DNA of 10,842 nt from Promethearchaeota archaeon. Its GTDB lineage: Archaea > Asgardarchaeota > Lokiarchaeia > Sigyniarchaeales > SOKP01. How positions within the stretch are numbered: the first letter of the stretch is position 1; every line of letters begins with the position of its first letter. The notes below the pieces were generated by a model that saw nothing but the letters and a program-made list of their open reading frames with translations, had not been told where the DNA came from and did no database searches. The stretch is taken from NCBI GenBank assembly GCA_004524535.1, contig SDNY01000121.1:1-10842 (forward strand), read 5' to 3'. Of this stretch, positions 6,780 through 10,842 are shown piece after piece. Position numbers and translations under genes: made by a program.

Positions 6780-8144
6780 ATGACTCAAATGCAAAATAAA
6801 CGAGATTTATATATTTACAAGATCTTAAAGGATTTTTATTATGGGTTAAGGAAAACTTTAGCTGATAAAGGACATCATGATCATCTCCTACTTCTCGAAG
6901 GCTATCTAAGAGAATTTCCACAAGAGGACGAACCTTTTTTCAGAGCAGCACTAAATAAAATAATTAGTAAAGGGCTTTTAAAAATAAAGAAAGGCGTTGC
7001 GAGTTTGCATCCCAAGGGTGTGATATATTTTGAAGAAATATACAAACCTTCAGATATAATTCATTTCTCATCTTTAATTTTTCCTTTTCTCAAGTTGTGC
7101 TATGAAATCAATGATAGAAATGAAAACATAACAAATATTAATGATTTTGTTGATAAAATTAAGAATTCACAGAAGATCATTATAAAAGAGAATGAACATC
7201 TAGAGGTATTATATATTCTTAAAACTATGGGATTGATATCTCTTATTGAAGCGAGTAAAACAATTTATCAGAATATTACTCCAAAAGGGATTAATGTTCT
7301 CTTAGATAACACACCCCCAGATATAATTGAAACTATTATAAATAGAAATGTTAAAAAATTTTTGAATTTAGATTACTATCCAAAAGAAGATGCTCTTATC
7401 AAATCTCGTATATTTAAATGGGTAAATCAATTTACCGAAGGAGATGATAGAATAGTCGCGGCATTTTTGTTAGATAAACTATGGATTATTCCGAATCAAT
7501 GGTGTCTAGATAAATTTGAAGAGTTTCGAATAAATGAATTGTCTTCAATTAATAAAGATGATATTTATATATTTGCTGTTAAAGGGAGTGGAAGTAGTGG
7601 TGAATATTGGAGGCATAAATTCTTTCGCGACCTTGATTTTGAAAAAGAGAATCTTAGGACTATAAATACATTGGAAAATGAGAGTGATAAACAATTCTGG
7701 GATTATAAAGTCATACTTTTTATAGATGATATTATTGGATCTGGTCAACAATTTTTAGAATTTATTGAAGAATATATGTTAGAGTCTCAAAATTTGCAGA
7801 ATCGCTTCCACCAATCAAGAGTAATATATTATACTATCATAGCTACAGAATTTGGAATTAAAGAAATCTCTAAGATTATTCCAAAAATTGAGTTCTTTTA
7901 TGGAAAATTATTGAAAAAACTTTTTGATGATGATAATTCTATTTGGAAGAAATCAACAATTATTTCTAAGGAAATAATAAAAGAAATGTGTGAAAAGTAT
8001 GGAAATAAACTATTATTAAATCCTGATTTTCTCTTAGGATATAAAGATTCACAATTACTAATTGGTTTTCAAGATCATACACCTGATAATACTATTCCTA
8101 TACTCTGGGTTTCTAATAATTGGCAGAATCTTTTACAAAGATAA
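6780..8144 (+). CDS. Tandem winged-helix + phosphoribosyltransferase-like (PRTase-CE type) protein
   Basis: It has the type I PRTase PRPP-loop motif VILFIDDIIGSGQQF (D316, D317). Also present are WVNQF, GSGSSG and the C-terminal GYKDSQLLIGFQDHTPDNTIPILW, typical of conflict-associated PRTase-like domains. Two N-terminal units end in KGLLK...SLHPKGVIYF and MGLIS...NITPKGINVL, which is the wHTH pattern. Confidence 0.8.
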   Translation: MTQMQNKRDLYIYKILKDFYYGLRKTLADKGHHDHLLLLEGYLREFPQEDEPFFRAALNKIISKGLLKIKKGVASLHPKGVIYFEEIYKPSDIIHFSSLIFPFLKLCYEINDRNENITNINDFVDKIKNSQKIIIKENEHLEVLYILKTMGLISLIEASKTIYQNITPKGINVLLDNTPPDIIETIINRNVKKFLNLDYYPKEDALIKSRIFKWVNQFTEGDDRIVAAFLLDKLWIIPNQWCLDKFEEFRINELSSINKDDIYIFAVKGSGSSGEYWRHKFFRDLDFEKENLRTINTLENESDKQFWDYKVILFIDDIIGSGQQFLEFIEEYMLESQNLQNRFHQSRVIYYTIIATEFGIKEISKIIPKIEFFYGKLLKKLFDDDNSIWKKSTIISKEIIKEMCEKYGNKLLLNPDFLLGYKDSQLLIGFQDHTPDNTIPILWVSNNWQNLLQR

Positions 8145-8329
8145 CTGATATTATCTATATAGATTATTATAAAAATGAGTATTTCGCAATACCCTAACGA
8201 AAAAATAATAATTAAGAATATAATATATACTTTAAATTCGATATAAATGAATATTCAAGTCAATTCTAATTAATTATATTAACTTGATTGTTTATGTAAA
8301 ATATAAGTAATTAATGGGAAATACAAATA

Positions 8330-10789
8330 ATGAAAGTATTGAATAAGACTTTTAAAGATTTAATAAAAGGGGAACAATTAGTATTTATTGTTGGTGCGGG
8401 ATGTTCTGTTGATCCTCCTTCTTGTTTACCAGCAGGACGTGAGATGATGGAAGCAATTATTAACTATACGTGCGCAAAATCTGAGATCGAAAAAATTCTT
8501 AACCTCAAAGAGCTGAGATTTGAGCAATTAGTCGAAATTATTAGAAATAATTTAGATACGGAGCTTAGTCTTATCAATTATTATGGACTGTGTAATAGAC
8601 CTAACCTTCAGCACTTTTTTCTAGCTGAGATGATAAAAAAAGGACATTTTGTTATAACGACGAATTTTGATTTTCTAATTGAATATGCGTTAAAACAGTC
8701 GGGAGTTCCAAAAGACGAGATTGTTCCTGTAATTACAAAACGAGATTTTGTGAGTTATGACGATCCAAATAAACTGTTAGATGAGGGAAAGAAATTAGTT
8801 TATAAGATTCACGGTTCAAAAAAAAATATTATTACTGGGGAGAATACAAATGATTCATTAATTGCTACGATTCAAGCACTTGGTTCTGGCAAGGAAGGTG
8901 AGAATGTGTTCCAAGTTGAACCATTTAAACGTCCATTATTCGAAAATATTTCAAATAATCGCACATTAGTGGTTATAGGATATTCAGGAAGTGATGATTT
9001 TGATGTGGTTCCTACTTTGCGAATGTTGAAAGATATAAATAGTATTATTTGGATAAAACATATGCTAGATGATAATAGTAAAGAAGAGATTTACGAAATC
9101 GATGATTTAACTAGTAAAGAAAGTAAAGAATTAGATAAAATCAATCAAATTCTAATAGATATATATAAAATGCGTAATGCCAAGCATATATATAGGTTGG
9201 AAACAAATACAACAAGATTGATTGAAGATCTTTTAGAGGTCAAACCAAAAATAAGTTCAAAATATTTTTCCATTAACTTAAAAAAATGGATTAGAGAAAA
9301 TATCACACCTGCAAGTGAATTAATGAAATATGGTATCGTAAATAAAATCTATTATGATTTCAACATGTATCAAGATTCAATGAGATGTTCTGAAGAAATT
9401 ATTTCACTGGCAATTAAAATGGACAATCCTAATTGGAAGGCGATTGCTCTTAATTATATAGCTTTGATTTATTTCACACAAGGTAATTACTACGAGGCAT
9501 TAAAAAGATATGAAGAAGCGTTGAGGATAGATGAAAAATTGGGAAATCTCTCTGGAAAAGCTACTGTCCTTAATAATATCGGGGAGATTTATCGAGTTAA
9601 AGGAGATTACCCAGAGGCATTAAAAAGATATGAAGAAGTGCTAAGAATAGATGAAAAATTGGGAAATCTCTCTGGAAAAGCCACTGTCCTTAATAATATC
9701 GGGGAGATTTATCGAGTTAAAGGAGATTACCTTAAGGCGATAAAGAGATATAAGGAATCGCTAAAAATTGCTGAGCAAATAGGAGATTTATCAAAAAAAG
9801 CAGGTGCTTTGATTAATATAGGTGAAATTCATCGAGTTAAAGGAGATTACCTTGAGGCAATAAAGAGATATAAGGAATCGCTAAAAATTGCTGAGCAAAT
9901 AGGAGATTTATCAATGAAAGCTGTAACACTTAATAACATTGGAGAGATTCATCGCATCAGAGGCAATTACTCAAAAGCGCTAAGAAATTATAAAGAAGCG
10001 TTGAGAATTGATGAACAATTGGGAGATCTATCGGGGAAAGCTGCAGATCTTAACAATATTGGAATAATTTATAAAGCAGAAGGGAACTATTCAGAGGCAT
10101 TAAATTGCCATGAGGAAGCATTAAAGATGGCTAAGTCATTAGGAGATTTATCAAAAATAGCAAGAGCTTTTAATAATATCGGAGAGATTCATCGCATCAG
10201 AGGCAATTACTCAAAAGCGCTAAATAATTATAATAAAGCGTTAAGAATTGATGAACAATTGGGAGATATATCGGGGAAAGCTGCAGATCTTAACAATATT
10301 GCTGCGATCTATCATATGCATAAAAATTATTCAGAAGCGTTAAAAAGATTTGAGGAAGTATTGAAAATTTTTAAACAATTAGGGGATCTAGCAAATATAT
10401 CAAAAATACTCAACAATATTGGTGCGATTTATTATGCTCGTGGAAATTATCCAGAAGCACTAAAGCAATTAGAGCAGGCGTTGAAAATAACTGAACAATT
10501 GGGAGATCTGATAAATAAAGCTAGATTTCTTGAAAATATCGGATCAATTTATAATGCTCAAGGGAATTTTCCAGAGGCGATGCGTTATCTTGAAAGAGCA
10601 TTACATATTTTGGAAAAGCTTGGATTAAGCGATTCTCTAAAATCAAAAACTCTTAAGAAAAATATTGAATACTTGAGAAAAAAATTGAAGATCCTTTTTG
10701 AACATATGGAAAATTCAATTATGAGCGAGTCGAGTTTAAAGAAAGACTGGCTAAGTTCAGAGGAAGATGAAGCATGGAAGGATTTATAA
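8330..10789 (+). CDS. SIR2-like (NADase-type sirtuin) + TPR array protein with a C-terminal DUF2281-like antitoxin tail
   Basis: SIR2 motifs are VFIVGAGCS, ITTNFDFLIE, KIHGS and VVIGYSGSDDFDV. Ten 40-aa TPRs have the consensus KAxxLNNIGxIyxxxGnYxeAlxxyxeALxIxeqlGdl. The protein ends in SESSLKKDWLSSEEDEAWKDL. Confidence 0.9.
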   Translation: MKVLNKTFKDLIKGEQLVFIVGAGCSVDPPSCLPAGREMMEAIINYTCAKSEIEKILNLKELRFEQLVEIIRNNLDTELSLINYYGLCNRPNLQHFFLAEMIKKGHFVITTNFDFLIEYALKQSGVPKDEIVPVITKRDFVSYDDPNKLLDEGKKLVYKIHGSKKNIITGENTNDSLIATIQALGSGKEGENVFQVEPFKRPLFENISNNRTLVVIGYSGSDDFDVVPTLRMLKDINSIIWIKHMLDDNSKEEIYEIDDLTSKESKELDKINQILIDIYKMRNAKHIYRLETNTTRLIEDLLEVKPKISSKYFSINLKKWIRENITPASELMKYGIVNKIYYDFNMYQDSMRCSEEIISLAIKMDNPNWKAIALNYIALIYFTQGNYYEALKRYEEALRIDEKLGNLSGKATVLNNIGEIYRVKGDYPEALKRYEEVLRIDEKLGNLSGKATVLNNIGEIYRVKGDYLKAIKRYKESLKIAEQIGDLSKKAGALINIGEIHRVKGDYLEAIKRYKESLKIAEQIGDLSMKAVTLNNIGEIHRIRGNYSKALRNYKEALRIDEQLGDLSGKAADLNNIGIIYKAEGNYSEALNCHEEALKMAKSLGDLSKIARAFNNIGEIHRIRGNYSKALNNYNKALRIDEQLGDISGKAADLNNIAAIYHMHKNYSEALKRFEEVLKIFKQLGDLANISKILNNIGAIYYARGNYPEALKQLEQALKITEQLGDLINKARFLENIGSIYNAQGNFPEAMRYLERALHILEKLGLSDSLKSKTLKKNIEYLRKKLKILFEHMENSIMSESSLKKDWLSSEEDEAWKDL
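9431..10630 (+). repeat. Intragenic tandem array of ten 120-bp TPR-coding units
   Basis: The period is exactly 120 nt with no indels. Near-identical DNA blocks are 9494-9610 vs 9614-9730, 9711-9793 vs 9831-9913, and 9941-10060 vs 10181-10300. Confidence 0.95.
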
Positions 10790-10842
10790 AAGGCGATATT
10801 GTTGTAGTGCTATTTCTCTTTTCAGATCTTACTGGTAAAAGA
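10774..10842 (+). CDS. mazF: 5' end of a PemK/MazF-family endoribonuclease toxin (truncated by the window; may be degenerate)
   Basis: The ATG at 10774 gives MEGFIKGDIVVVLFLFSDLTGKR..., matching the recalled family start M..F.KGD[IV]V[VL]VPFPF[ST]DL...K.RP. It overlaps the last 16 nt of the upstream gene, as antitoxin-toxin pairs typically do. It is not in the supplied ORF track. Confidence 0.78.
   Translation, partial: MEGFIKGDIVVVLFLFSDLTGKR

Noticed and set aside
7545-7751. 68-aa minus-strand ORF
   Set aside because: Antisense to the PRTase catalytic region. Its I/F-rich composition is expected from the reverse of AT-rich codons.
8330-9240. Housekeeping sirtuin deacylase (CobB/Sir2) or Thoeris ThsA
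   Set aside because: It lacks the zinc-binding Cys pairs and the QNID motif of deacylases (it has TTNFD instead). No SLOG or Macro domain and no TIR partner were seen.
9431-10630. Diversity-generating retroelement template/variable repeat pair
   Set aside because: All copies are in-frame coding units, the differences are not confined to adenines, and no reverse transcriptase is in the window.

Overview
Very AT-rich window that most likely comes from an Asgard archaeon (Lokiarchaeia-like). This is an inference from the N-terminal domain of the LRR protein and from TATA-type promoters lying close to start codons. The left part holds a ribbon-helix-helix regulator with a phased operator-like array, an LRR protein, a convergent hypothetical protein, and an unannotated decayed restriction-modification fragment (TaqI_C-like) broken up by micro-duplications. 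The right part is a co-oriented candidate defence island: (1) an HsdR_N-like PD-(D/E)xK nuclease-NACHT-HEAT protein (NLR/Avs-like), (2) a tandem wHTH + phosphoribosyltransferase-like (PRTase-CE type) protein, and (3) a SIR2-TPR protein with ten 120-bp repeats. The C-terminus of the SIR2-TPR protein is fused to a DUF2281-like antitoxin tail (SESSLKKDWLSSEEDEAWKDL) and overlaps the start of an unannotated PemK/MazF-family toxin gene that runs off the window edge. This SIR2-TPR-antitoxin/MazF coupling is the most unusual element. All family assignments come from motif recognition by eye; no searches were run.
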